DNA of 64,000 nucleotides from NCBI RefSeq assembly GCF_048403405.1, contig NZ_CP183129.1; one strand, given 5' to 3'. The stretch's first letter is position 1. Every line of letters starts with the position of its first letter. Positions 53,598-63,987 of this stretch are shown one piece after another. The stretch comes from Escherichia coli (GTDB taxonomy: Bacteria > Pseudomonadota > Gammaproteobacteria > Enterobacterales > Enterobacteriaceae). Below the pieces are notes generated by a model. That model was not told the origin of the DNA and searched no databases. It saw only the letters and a list, made by a program, of their open reading frames with translations. The position numbers and the translations under genes were made by a program.

Positions 53598-53927
53598 TCA
53601 TCGCCCATACTCATCTTCCATTCTCCGCTCTTCATCCTCCAGTTGCCGACGCTCCTGATCAAGCTGGCGCTGGCGATCGTCCAGCTGCCTGCGGCGATCT
53701 TCAAACTGGCGGCGGCGGTCGTCATATTGTCTGCGCCGATCGTCGCTCACTTCACGCTGCCAGCCGTCGTCGTGCGAATCTTCATAGTCTCGCCCACGGT
53801 CAGGGTTATAAGCATCGTTAATCGCCTGCTGAATATTGCCAATGGTGTCGTCGATAATATCGGCCTGGGCCGGAACGGTGGACAGCGTGAGCAGGGTGAA
53901 TAAAAGAAATAGCGGAAAGCGTTTCAT
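53598..53927 (-). CDS. yjdP: secreted charged repeat protein YjdP, 109 aa
   Basis: Signal peptide MKRFPLFLLFTLLTLSTVPAQA; C-terminal Arg/Asp/Gln-rich heptad repeats; matches recalled YjdP. Confidence 0.85.
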   Translation of the reverse strand: MKRFPLFLLFTLLTLSTVPAQADIIDDTIGNIQQAINDAYNPDRGRDYEDSHDDGWQREVSDDRRRQYDDRRRQFEDRRRQLDDRQRQLDQERRQLEDEERRMEDEYGR

Positions 53928-53995
53928 TAGCCAACCTCAAAAAGAAACTCTATCCACATTAGTCATTACTCATCCATGCAAGTAGTGGATGAATC

Positions 53996-54313
53996 TCAAT
54001 TTCTCCGCTGCTCTATTGCCGTAATCGCCTCCACGTGTTGTTGATGACGACCGCCTTCGTACTGCGCGCCCAGCCACGCATCCACAATCATTTTTGCCAG
54101 TTCGAGGCCAACCACTCGTGAACCAAAAGCCAGTGCAACTTCACTGGCATAATGCGGATAATCAGTGCGCTCTGACGACCTGGTGTCTTTATCAATCACC
54201 TCACTCATTGACCATGAATAAAAGGCTGGCACAGCAACGCAGAATCCTGCGGTGCCAGCGACATGACCGCCCATTGCTCCGGTACGTTTTTTAATAAAAA
54301 ACACCGGTTGCAT
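53996..54313 (-). pseudogene. rpiB: rearranged remnant of ribose-5-phosphate isomerase B (rpiB), 105-codon ORF
   Basis: C-terminal 42 aa (FGSRVVGLELAKMIVDAWLGAQYEGGRHQQ.VEAITAIEQRRN) and an internal block (VIDK.T.SSERTDYPHYAS.VALA) match recalled RpiB, but about 50 central residues are missing and the first 34 residues are unrelated. Confidence 0.5.
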
Positions 54314-54565
54314 TGATTAATTGTGCTCAGTATTTGCCGAAGTACAATATATATAATAAATATATAAAACACCTCATATTATTTACAGAGATAATAAATT
54401 CGCGTAATTTTCCCTCTTCAGCACAAATGCCTAATAAAATGGCGCGTTCAGCTCACACTTCTACTTATTAAAGTCGCAATTTCCCAATTATGATAACGCC
54501 AGCTTTAAATGACGTATTTTGCATGGATTACATATTTACGACACAAATGATAAATGGAGATTTAT

Positions 54566-56551
54566 ATGAATAACTCTCGGTTATTCCGTTTGAGCAGGAT
54601 TGTTATTGCGTTAACTGCCGCCAGCGGCATGATGGTAAATACCGCTTACGCAACAGATGAAGCGAAAGCCGCCACTCAATATACCCAACAGATTAATCAG
54701 AATTACGCCAAATCATTACCGTTTAGCGATCGTCAGGATTTTGACGATGCCCAGCGTGGATTTATCGCCCCGCTGCTGGATGAAGGTATTCTGCGTGATG
54801 CTAACGGTAAAGTTTACTACCGCGCAGACGATTACAAATTTGATATTAATGCCGCTGCGCCGGAAACCGTAAACCCCAGCCTGTGGCGTCAGTCGCAAAT
54901 CAACGGTATTTCTGGCCTGTTCAAAGTCACCGATAAAATGTATCAGGTGCGCGGCCAGGATATCTCTAACATTACGTTCGTTGAGGGCGAGAAAGGCATT
55001 ATTGTTATCGACCCACTGGTGACGCCGCCTACCGCAAAAGCCGCACTTGATCTTTACTTCCAGCATCGTCCGCAAAAACCGATTGTTGCTGTGATTTACA
55101 CCCACAGCCACGCCGACCATTATGGCGGTGTGAAAGGCATTATCTCTGAAGCCGATGTTAAATCCGGCAAAGTTCAGGTGATTGCTCCAGCTGGCTTTAT
55201 GGACGAAGCCATCAGCGAAAACGTGCTGGCGGGTAACATCATGAGCCGCCGTGCGCTCTACTCTTACGGTCTGTTACTGCCGCACAACGCGCAAGGCAAC
55301 GTGGGCAACGGCCTTGGCGTGACGCTGGCAACGGGCGACCCGAGCATTATTGCACCGACTAAAACTATCGTCAGAACTGGCGAGAAGATGATTATCGACG
55401 GCCTGGAGTTTGACTTCCTGATGACCCCAGGTAGCGAAGCGCCAGCCGAAATGCACTTCTATATTCCGGCCCTGAAAGCCCTGTGTACCGCCGAGAACGC
55501 CACGCATACCCTGCACAACTTCTACACTCTGCGCGGCGCGAAAACCCGCGATACCAGCAAGTGGACCGAGTACCTGAACGAAACGCTGGATATGTGGGGT
55601 AACGACGCGGAAGTACTGTTTATGCCGCACACCTGGCCGGTCTGGGGCAATAAGCATATCAATGATTATATTGGTAAATATCGCGATACTATCAAGTACA
55701 TTCACGACCAGACCCTGCACCTGGCGAACCAGGGCTACACCATGAATGAAATCGGCGACATGATTAAGCTGCCGCCTGCGCTTGCCAATAATTGGGCCAG
55801 CCGCGGCTATTACGGTTCTGTCAGCCACAACGCCCGCGCGGTATATAACTTCTATCTTGGCTATTACGACGGTAACCCGGCTAACCTGCATCCCTATGGT
55901 CAGGTGGAGATGGGTAAACGTTACGTGCAGGCGCTGGGCGGTTCTGCCCGTGTCATCAACCTGGCGCAAGAAGCGAACAAGCAAGGTGATTACCGTTGGT
56001 CGGCAGAACTGCTGAAACAGGTGATTGCCGCCAACCCAGGTGACCAGGTCGCGAAGAATCTGCAAGCGAATAACTTTGAACAGCTGGGCTATCAGGCCGA
56101 GTCCGCCACCTGGCGCGGTTTCTACCTGACCGGCGCGAAAGAGCTGCGCGAAGGGGTACATAAGTTCAGCCACAGCTCCACCGGTTCCCCGGACACCCTT
56201 CGCGGGATGTCGGTCGAAATGCTATTCGACTTTATGGCCGTTCGCCTCGATAGCGCGAAAGCCGCAGGTAAGAATATCAGCCTGAACTTCAATATGAGCA
56301 ACGGCGATAACCTCAACCTGACGCTGAACGATAGCGTGCTTAACTACCGTAAAACGCTGCAACCTGAAGCCAACGCCTCTTTCTACATCAGCCGTGAAGA
56401 TCTTCACGCCGTGCTGACCGGACAAGCCAAAATGGCGGATCTGGTAAAAGCGAAGAAAGCCAAAATTATTGGCAATGGTGCGAAACTGGAAGAAATTATT
56501 GCCTGTCTGGATAATTTCGATTTGTGGGTGAATATCGTAACCCCAAATTAA
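54566..56551 (+). CDS. yjcS: putative alkyl/aryl-sulfatase YjcS (metallo-beta-lactamase superfamily), 661 aa
   Basis: ATG at 54566 with RBS tggaga ([21 protein letters not shown]...YA signal peptide); HxHxDH motif HSHADH; ORF track starts 12 nt upstream. Confidence 0.9.
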   Translation: MNNSRLFRLSRIVIALTAASGMMVNTAYATDEAKAATQYTQQINQNYAKSLPFSDRQDFDDAQRGFIAPLLDEGILRDANGKVYYRADDYKFDINAAAPETVNPSLWRQSQINGISGLFKVTDKMYQVRGQDISNITFVEGEKGIIVIDPLVTPPTAKAALDLYFQHRPQKPIVAVIYTHSHADHYGGVKGIISEADVKSGKVQVIAPAGFMDEAISENVLAGNIMSRRALYSYGLLLPHNAQGNVGNGLGVTLATGDPSIIAPTKTIVRTGEKMIIDGLEFDFLMTPGSEAPAEMHFYIPALKALCTAENATHTLHNFYTLRGAKTRDTSKWTEYLNETLDMWGNDAEVLFMPHTWPVWGNKHINDYIGKYRDTIKYIHDQTLHLANQGYTMNEIGDMIKLPPALANNWASRGYYGSVSHNARAVYNFYLGYYDGNPANLHPYGQVEMGKRYVQALGGSARVINLAQEANKQGDYRWSAELLKQVIAANPGDQVAKNLQANNFEQLGYQAESATWRGFYLTGAKELREGVHKFSHSSTGSPDTLRGMSVEMLFDFMAVRLDSAKAAGKNISLNFNMSNGDNLNLTLNDSVLNYRKTLQPEANASFYISREDLHAVLTGQAKMADLVKAKKAKIIGNGAKLEEIIACLDNFDLWVNIVTPN

Positions 56552-56561
56552 TGCCACTCAC

Positions 56562-56595
56562 TTTTGGGGGCCCTTAAGCCCCCAAAAGCATTTAT
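56562..56595 (+). terminator. rho-independent terminator downstream of yjcS
   Basis: Hairpin ttttgggggc-ccttaa-gcccccaaaa followed by a T/A-rich tail. Confidence 0.55.
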
Positions 56596-56759
56596 TTAAA
56601 AAATATATACAGCAAATTAATACATAAAATATATAAGTTATGAATGCGGTGGCTGAATAAAGCTATTTTTATTCATCGAGAAAATAGCCATACTGACGCC
56701 TTCAATGGATATTGATATTCACTACAGATATTGTTCGCAGCAGACAGGATGTATTTAAT

Positions 56760-57035
56760 ATGCCAACAGTTCTCTCTCGCATGGCGATGCAACTCAAAAA
56801 AACAGCCTGGATAATTCCCGTCTTCATGGTTTCGGGATGCTCATTATCTCCGGCAATCCCGGTGATCGGCGCTTATTATCCCAGCTGGTTTTTCTGCGCC
56901 ATTGCCAGCCTTATTTTGACGCTCATCACGAGGCGAATTATTCAGCGGGCAAATATCAATCTGGCATTTGTCGGAATTATTTATACCGCCCTTTTTGCTC
57001 TCTACGCCATGCTGCTCTGGCTGGCATTTTTCTAA
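56760..57035 (+). CDS. ytcA: small lipoprotein YtcA, 91 aa
   Basis: ATG at 56760 (MPTVLSRMAMQLKKTAWIIPVFMVSGCSL lipobox); ORF track starts upstream in frame; directly upstream of mdtN. Confidence 0.85.
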   Translation: MPTVLSRMAMQLKKTAWIIPVFMVSGCSLSPAIPVIGAYYPSWFFCAIASLILTLITRRIIQRANINLAFVGIIYTALFALYAMLLWLAFF

Positions 57036-57053
57036 TTTATTTGAGACGCGCTC

Positions 57054-58085
57054 ATGGAAAGTACGCCGAAAAAAGCTCCTCGCAGTAAATTCCCTGCTCT
57101 GTTAGTGGTTGCGTTGGCGCTGGTTGCCCTTGTTTTCGTTATCTGGCGCGTAGACAGTGCGCCATCAACTAATGACGCCTACGCGTCAGCAGATACCATT
57201 GATGTGGTGCCGGAAGTCAGCGGTCGCATTGTAGAACTGGCGGTCACCGACAACCAAGCGGTGAAACAGGGCGATTTGCTGTTCCGCATCGACCCGCGCC
57301 CGTACGAAGCCAATCTGGCGAAAGCCGAAGCCTCCCTCGCGGCGCTGGATAAGCAAATTATGCTCACCCAGCGTAGCGTTGACGCGCAACAGTTTGGTGC
57401 CGACTCGGTTAATGCCACGGTAGAAAAAGCCCGTGCCGCCGCGAAACAGGCCACAGATACATTACGCCGCACCGAGCCATTACTGAAAGAAGGTTTTGTC
57501 TCAGCGGAAGACGTTGACCGTGCAAGAACTGCGCAGCGCGCTGCAGAAGCGGATCTTAATGCCGTATTGTTACAGGCGCAGTCAGCCGCCAGCGCCGTCA
57601 GCGGCGTCGATGCGCTGGTGGCGCAACGTGCGGCGGTCGAAGCGGATATTGCCCTGACCAAACTGCATCTGGAAATGGCGACCGTTCGCGCGCCGTTTGA
57701 TGGCCGGGTCATTTCCCTCAAAACCTCCGTCGGGCAATTTGCTTCTGCCATGCGCCCTATTTTCACCCTAATCGACACTCGTCACTGGTACGTGATCGCC
57801 AATTTCCGCGAAACTGATCTGAAAAATATTCGCTCAGGTACACCCGCAACGATTCGCCTGATGAGCGACAGCGGCAAAACCTTCGAGGGTAAAGTGGATT
57901 CGATTGGCTACGGCGTGCTACCGGATGACGGCGGCCTGGTGCTGGGCGGCCTGCCGAAAGTGTCTCGTTCTATTAACTGGGTCCGCGTTGCCCAGCGTTT
58001 TCCGGTCAAAATCATGGTTGATAAACCTGACCCGGAAATGTTCCGCATCGGCGCTTCGGCAGTCGCTAATCTTGAGCCGCAATAA
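57054..58085 (+). CDS. mdtN: efflux system membrane fusion protein MdtN (SdsR), 343 aa
   Basis: HlyD/EmrA-family ORF with N-terminal TM anchor and coiled-coil region; matches recalled MdtN. Confidence 0.93.
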   Translation: MESTPKKAPRSKFPALLVVALALVALVFVIWRVDSAPSTNDAYASADTIDVVPEVSGRIVELAVTDNQAVKQGDLLFRIDPRPYEANLAKAEASLAALDKQIMLTQRSVDAQQFGADSVNATVEKARAAAKQATDTLRRTEPLLKEGFVSAEDVDRARTAQRAAEADLNAVLLQAQSAASAVSGVDALVAQRAAVEADIALTKLHLEMATVRAPFDGRVISLKTSVGQFASAMRPIFTLIDTRHWYVIANFRETDLKNIRSGTPATIRLMSDSGKTFEGKVDSIGYGVLPDDGGLVLGGLPKVSRSINWVRVAQRFPVKIMVDKPDPEMFRIGASAVANLEPQ

Positions 58086-60136
58086 TGAGCGCGCTCAACT
58101 CCCTGCCATTACCGGTGGTCAGGCTGCTGGCGTTCTTTCATGAAGAGTTAAGCGAGCGGCGACCAGGCCGCGTGCCGCAGACTATGCAACTCTGGGTAGG
58201 CTGCCTGCTGGTGATTCTGATCTCGATGACTTTTGAGATCCCTTTTGTGGCGTTATCACTGGCAGTGCTGTTTTACGGTATTCAGTCGAACGCGTTTTAC
58301 ACCAAATTTGTGGCGATCTTGTTTGTGGTCGCCACGATGCTGGAAATCGCCAGCCTGTTTTTGATCTACAAATGGTCATATGGCGAACCGTTGATCCGAT
58401 TGATCATTGCCGGACCGATCCTGATGGGCTGCATGTTTTTGATGCGCACCCATCGGTTGGGGCTGGTCTTTTTCGCCGTCGCCATTGTCGCTATTTACGG
58501 GCAAACCTTCCCCGCCATGCTCGACTATCCGGAAGTGGTCGTGCGCTTAACCCTGTGGTGTATCGTTGTTGGCCTCTATCCAACCTTGCTGATGACGTTA
58601 ATCGGCGTGCTGTGGTTTCCCAGCCGCACCATTACGCAAATGCATCAAGCGCTTAATGATCGGCTTGATGATGCCATTAGTCACCTGACGGACAGCCTCG
58701 CACCGCTACCCGAAACGCGGATTGAAAGAGAGGCGCTGGCGCTGCAAAAACTCAATGTCTTTTGCCTCGCGGACGATGCCAACTGGCGAACTCAGAGCGC
58801 ATGGTGGCAAAGCTGCGTGGCAACGGTAACCTACATTTACTCGACGCTGAATCGCTACGATCCCACCTCTTTTGCTGATTCTCAGGCAATTATTGAATTT
58901 CGGCAAAAATTAGCCACAGAAATCAACAAACTGCAGCATGCCATTGCCGAAGGTCAGTGCTGGCAAAGCGACTGGCGGATCACTGAAAGTGAAGCGATGG
59001 CGGCACGGGAATGTAACCTGGAGAATATCTGCCAGACATTGTTGCAACTGGGTCAGATGGACCCGAATACGCCGCCAACGCCCGCCACCAAACCGCCATC
59101 AATGGTCGCCGACGCTTTTACCAATCCAGACTATATGCGCTACGCGGTAAAAACGCTGCTCGCCTGTTTGATCTGTTACACCTTCTACAGCGGCGTGGAC
59201 TGGGAAGGCATTCACACCTGTATGCTGACCTGCGTGATCGTCGCTAACCCGAATGTTGGTTCGTCGTATCAGAAAATGGCGCTGCGTTTTGGCGGTGCCT
59301 TCTGCGGTGCAATTCTGGCGCTGTTATTCACGCTACTGGTCATGCCCTGGCTGGACAATATTGTCGAATTGCTGTTTGTGCTGGCACCGATTTTCCTGTT
59401 GGGCGCATGGATTGCCACCAGCTCTGAACGCTCTTCTTATATCGGCACACAGATGGTGGTTACCTTCGCGCTCGCCACGCTCGAAAATGTTTTTGGCCCG
59501 GTGTACGACCTGGTGGAAATTCGCGATCGCGCCCTGGGTATCATCATTGGTACCGTGGTGTCCGCGGTGATTTACACCTTTGTCTGGCCTGAAAGTGAAG
59601 CGCGCACACTGCCGCAAAAACTGGCTGGCGCGCTGGGTATGTTGAGTAAAGTAATGCGGATCCCACGCCAGCAGGAAGTCACGGCTCTGCGCACTTATCT
59701 GCAAATTCGTATAGGTCTGCATGCGGCGTTTAATGCCTGTGAAGAGATGTGCCAACGCGTGGCGCTGGAGCGTCAACTGGACAGCGAAGAACGCGCTTTA
59801 CTGATTGAACGTTCGCAAACGGTTATTCGTCAGGGCCGCGATATTCTTCACGCCTGGGATGCAACCTGGAACTCGGCGCAAGCGCTGGATAACGCACTAC
59901 AGCCGGACAGAGCAGGTCAGTTTGCCGACGCACTGGAGAAATACGCCGCCGGTCTGGCAACCGCACTCAGCCGTTCTCCTCAAATAACGCTTGAAGAAAC
60001 ACCCGCCTCGCAGGCCATCCTGCCGACCTTATTAAAACAGGAGCAACACGTCTGCCAGCTTTTCGCCCGCTTGCCAGACTGGACAGCCCCGGCATTAACG
60101 CCCGCCACGGAACAGGTACAAGGAGCCACGCAATGA
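58085..60136 (+). CDS. mdtO: efflux system inner-membrane component MdtO (SdsQ), 683 aa
   Basis: Start overlaps mdtN stop by 1 nt; FUSC/aromatic acid exporter-like membrane protein; matches recalled MdtO. Confidence 0.93.
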   Translation: MSALNSLPLPVVRLLAFFHEELSERRPGRVPQTMQLWVGCLLVILISMTFEIPFVALSLAVLFYGIQSNAFYTKFVAILFVVATMLEIASLFLIYKWSYGEPLIRLIIAGPILMGCMFLMRTHRLGLVFFAVAIVAIYGQTFPAMLDYPEVVVRLTLWCIVVGLYPTLLMTLIGVLWFPSRTITQMHQALNDRLDDAISHLTDSLAPLPETRIEREALALQKLNVFCLADDANWRTQSAWWQSCVATVTYIYSTLNRYDPTSFADSQAIIEFRQKLATEINKLQHAIAEGQCWQSDWRITESEAMAARECNLENICQTLLQLGQMDPNTPPTPATKPPSMVADAFTNPDYMRYAVKTLLACLICYTFYSGVDWEGIHTCMLTCVIVANPNVGSSYQKMALRFGGAFCGAILALLFTLLVMPWLDNIVELLFVLAPIFLLGAWIATSSERSSYIGTQMVVTFALATLENVFGPVYDLVEIRDRALGIIIGTVVSAVIYTFVWPESEARTLPQKLAGALGMLSKVMRIPRQQEVTALRTYLQIRIGLHAAFNACEEMCQRVALERQLDSEERALLIERSQTVIRQGRDILHAWDATWNSAQALDNALQPDRAGQFADALEKYAAGLATALSRSPQITLEETPASQAILPTLLKQEQHVCQLFARLPDWTAPALTPATEQVQGATQ

Positions 60137-61599
60137 TCAATCGTCAACTTTCACGTCTGCTGTTGTGCAGCATTCTCGGCAGCACGACGCTGATTTCCGG
60201 CTGTGCCCTGGTACGCAAGGATTCTGCGCCTCATCAACAGCTCAAACCTGAACAAATCAAACTGGCCGATGATATTCATCTTGCCAGCTCCGGCTGGCCG
60301 CAGGCGCAGTGGTGGAAACAACTCAATGACCCGCAGTTGGATGCCCTGATCCAACGGACGCTAAGTGGTTCACACACCCTCGCCGAAGCGAAACTGCGGG
60401 AAGAAAAAGCGCAGTCCCAGGCCGATTTGTTAGATGCTGGTTCACAGTTGCAGGTGGCAGCGTTAGGGATGCTCAACCGCCAACGTGTCTCGGCGAACGG
60501 CTTTTTAAGCCCTTATGCGATGGATGCGCCCGCACTGGGGATGGACGGGCCGTACTATACGGAAGCCACAGTCGGTTTGTTTGCCGGATTGGATCTTGAT
60601 TTGTGGGGTGTGCATCGCTCAGCGGTTGCCGCCGCCATTGGCGCGCATAATGCCGCGCTGGCAGAAACCGCAGCAGTAGAGCTATCGCTGACCACGGGCG
60701 TAGCGCAGCTTTATTACAGTATGCAGGCCAGCTATCAGATGCTCGATCTGTTAGAACAAACTCGCGATGTGATTGATTACGCGGTAAAAGCGCACCAGAG
60801 TAAAGTGGCGCACGGTCTGGAAGCGCAAGTGCCTTTCCACGGCGCGCGGGCACAGATTCTGGCGGTCGATAAACAAATTGCTGCCGTTAAAGGGCAAATC
60901 TCCGAAACGCGAGAATCTCTGCGCGCATTGATTGGCGCGGGAGCCAGCGATATGCCGGAGATCAGACCGGTGGCATTACCGCAAGTCCAGACCGGCATTC
61001 CGGCGACACTCTCTTATGAGTTGCTCGCCAGACGCCCGGATCTGCAAGCCATGCGCTGGTATGTTCAGGCGTCATTAGATCAGGTGGATTCCGCGCGGGC
61101 GTTGTTCTACCCGAGCTTTGATATCAAAGCGTTTTTCGGCCTGGATTCTATCCACCTGGATACCTTATTCAAAAAAACCAGTCGCCAGTTCAACTTTATC
61201 CCAGGTCTGAAATTGCCGCTGTTTGACGGTGGACGGTTGAATGCCAATCTCGAAGGCACTCGCGCCGCCAGCAACATGATGATTGAACGTTACAACCAGT
61301 CAGTGCTGAATGCGGTGCGCGACGTTGCCGTCAACGGCACGCGTCTGCAAACGCTCAACGACGAGCGAGAGATGCAGGCTGAACGCGTGGAAGCAACGCG
61401 CTTCACCCAGCGCGCTGCCGAGGCCGCCTATCAGCGCGGCTTAACCAGCCGCTTACAGGCCACCGAAGCCCGGTTGCCAGTGCTTGCCGAGGAGATGTCA
61501 TTACTGATGCTGGACAGCCGCCGGGTGATCCAAAGCATTCAGTTGATGAAATCGCTGGGCGGCGGGTATCAGGCAAGTCCCGTCGTCGAGAAAAAATAA
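60133..61599 (+). CDS. mdtP: efflux system outer-membrane factor MdtP (SdsP), 488 aa
   Basis: ATGA overlap with mdtO; lipoprotein signal (LLLCSILGSTTLISGC); TolC/OprM-like; matches recalled MdtP. Confidence 0.93.
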   Translation: MINRQLSRLLLCSILGSTTLISGCALVRKDSAPHQQLKPEQIKLADDIHLASSGWPQAQWWKQLNDPQLDALIQRTLSGSHTLAEAKLREEKAQSQADLLDAGSQLQVAALGMLNRQRVSANGFLSPYAMDAPALGMDGPYYTEATVGLFAGLDLDLWGVHRSAVAAAIGAHNAALAETAAVELSLTTGVAQLYYSMQASYQMLDLLEQTRDVIDYAVKAHQSKVAHGLEAQVPFHGARAQILAVDKQIAAVKGQISETRESLRALIGAGASDMPEIRPVALPQVQTGIPATLSYELLARRPDLQAMRWYVQASLDQVDSARALFYPSFDIKAFFGLDSIHLDTLFKKTSRQFNFIPGLKLPLFDGGRLNANLEGTRAASNMMIERYNQSVLNAVRDVAVNGTRLQTLNDEREMQAERVEATRFTQRAAEAAYQRGLTSRLQATEARLPVLAEEMSLLMLDSRRVIQSIQLMKSLGGGYQASPVVEKK

Positions 61600-61607
61600 A
61601 ATGTCTG

Positions 61608-61680
61608 CCGCGTGATGGCTGTCACGCGGTATTTCGTTTCGTCACGTCAAAACTGACGACAGCCTGTTTTTCGTCAGAGT
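61608..61680 (+). promoter_or_regulatory. mdtP terminator hairpin and fdhF upstream activating region (candidate FhlA binding repeats)
   Basis: Hairpin ccgcgtgatggctgtcacgcgg followed by repeated tttcgtc / gtcacg / tgacgac motifs about 60-120 bp upstream of the sigma-54 promoter. Confidence 0.45.
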
Positions 61681-61729
61681 TTTGAATAAATAGTGCCCGT
61701 AATATCAGGGAATGACCCCAAATAAAATG

Positions 61730-61746
61730 TGGCATAAAAGATGCAT
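61730..61746 (+). promoter_or_regulatory. sigma-54 (-24/-12) promoter of fdhF
   Basis: TGGCAT-aaaaga-TGCAT matches the TGGCAC-N5-TTGCA consensus, with GG and GC 12 bp apart. Confidence 0.75.
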
Positions 61747-61796
61747 ACTGTAGTCGAGAGCGCGTATGCGTGATTTGATTAACTGGAGCGAGACCG

Positions 61797-63944
61797 ATGA
61801 AAAAAGTCGTCACGGTTTGCCCCTATTGCGCATCAGGTTGCAAAATCAACCTGGTCGTCGATAACGGCAAAATCGTCCGGGCGGAGGCAGCGCAGGGGAA
61901 AACCAACCAGGGTACCCTGTGTCTGAAGGGTTATTATGGCTGGGACTTCATTAACGATACCCAGATCCTGACCCCGCGCCTGAAAACCCCCATGATCCGT
62001 CGCCAGCGTGGCGGCAAACTCGAACCTGTTTCCTGGGATGAGGCACTGAATTACGTTGCCGAGCGCCTGAGCGCCATCAAAGAGAAGTACGGTCCGGATG
62101 CCATCCAGACGACCGGCTCCTCGCGTGGTACGGGTAACGAAACCAACTATGTAATGCAAAAATTTGCGCGCGCCGTTATTGGTACCAATAACGTTGACTG
62201 CTGCGCTCGTGTCTGACACGGCCCATCGGTTGCAGGTCTGCACCAATCGGTCGGTAATGGCGCAATGAGCAATGCTATTAACGAAATTGATAATACCGAT
62301 TTAGTGTTCGTTTTCGGGTACAACCCGGCGGATTCCCACCCAATCGTGGCGAACCACGTAATTAACGCTAAACGTAACGGGGCGAAAATTATAGTCTGCG
62401 ATCCACGCAAAATTGAAACCGCGCGCATTGCGGACATGCACATTGCACTGAAAAACGGCTCGAACATCGCGCTGTTGAATGCGATGGGCCATGTCATTAT
62501 TGAAGAAAATCTGTACGACAAAGCATTCGTCGCTTCCCGTACAGAAGGCTTTGAAGAGTATCGTAAAATCGTTGAAGGCTACACGCCGGAGTCGGTTGAA
62601 GATATCACCGGCGTCAGCGCCAGTGAGATTCGTCAGGCGGCACGGATGTATGCCCAGGCGAAAAGCGCCGCCATCCTGTGGGGCATGGGTGTAACCCAGT
62701 TCTACCAGGGCGTGGAAACCGTGCGTTCTCTGACCAGCCTCGCGATGCTGACCGGTAACCTCGGTAAGCCGCATGCGGGTGTAAACCCGGTTCGTGGTCA
62801 GAACAACGTGCAGGGTGCCTGCGATATGGGCGCGCTGCCGGATACGTATCCGGGATACCAGTACGTGAAAGATCCAGCTAACCGTGAGAAATTCGCCAAA
62901 GCCTGGGGCGTGGAAAGCCTGCCAGCGCATACCGGCTATCGCATCAGCGAGCTGCCGCACCGCGTAGCGCATGGCGAAGTGCGTGCCGCGTACATTATGG
63001 GCGAAGATCCGCTGCAAACTGACGCGGAGCTGTCGGCAGTACGTAAAGCCTTTGAAGATCTGGAACTGGTTATCGTTCAGGACATCTTTATGACCAAAAC
63101 CGCGTCGGCGGCGGATGTTATTTTACCGTCAACGTCGTGGGGCGAGCATGAAGGCGTGTTTACTGCGGCTGACCGTGGCTTCCAGCGTTTCTTCAAAGCA
63201 GTTGAGCCGAAATGGGATCTGAAAACGGACTGGCAAATCATCAGTGAAATTGCCACTCGTATGGGTTATCCGATGCACTACAACAACACCCAGGAGATCT
63301 GGGATGAGTTGCGTCATCTGTGCCCGGATTTCTACGGTGCGACTTACGAGAAAATGGGCGAACTGGGCTTCATTCAGTGGCCTTGCCGCGATACTTCAGA
63401 TGCCGATCAGGGGACTTCTTATCTGTTTAAAGAGAAGTTTGATACCCCGAACGGTCTGGCGCAGTTCTTCACCTGCGACTGGGTAGCGCCAATCGACAAA
63501 CTCACCGACGAGTATCCGATGGTACTGTCAACGGTGCGTGAAGTTGGTCACTACTCTTGCCGTTCGATGACCGGTAACTGTGCGGCACTGGCGGCGCTGG
63601 CTGATGAACCTGGCTACGCACAAATCAATACCGAAGACGCCAAACGTCTGGGTATTGAAGATGAGGCATTGGTTTGGGTGCACTCGCGTAAAGGCAAAAT
63701 TATCACCCGTGCGCAGGTCAGCGATCGTCCGAACAAAGGGGCGATTTATATGACCTACCAGTGGTGGATTGGTGCCTGTAACGAGCTGGTTACCGAAAAC
63801 TTAAGCCCGATTACGAAAACGCCGGAATACAAATACTGCGCCGTGCGCGTCGAGCCGATCGCCGATCAGCGCGCCGCCGAGCAGTACGTGATTGACGAGT
63901 ACAACAAGTTGAAAACTCGCCTGCGCGAAGCGGCACTGGCGTAA
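61797..63944 (+). CDS. fdhF: formate dehydrogenase H, selenocysteine-containing (in-frame UGA = Sec140), 715 aa
   Basis: Two ORF-track ORFs (61797-62216 and 62265-63944) are in the same frame across TGA at 62214-62216; N-terminal 4Fe-4S cysteine motif CPYCASGCKINL; matches recalled FdhF. Confidence 0.93.
62214..62260 (+). other. selenocysteine UGA codon plus downstream SECIS stem-loop
   Basis: TGA followed by cacggcccatcggttgcaggtctgcaccaatcggtcggtaatggcg, which can form the SelB-binding hairpin. Confidence 0.8.
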
Positions 63945-63958
63945 TACAGTCCTTTCTA

Positions 63959-63987
63959 CAGCCTCCTTTCGGAGGCTGTTTTTTTAT
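63959..63987 (+). terminator. rho-independent terminator downstream of fdhF
   Basis: Hairpin cagcctcc-tttc-ggaggctg followed by tttttttat. Confidence 0.75.
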
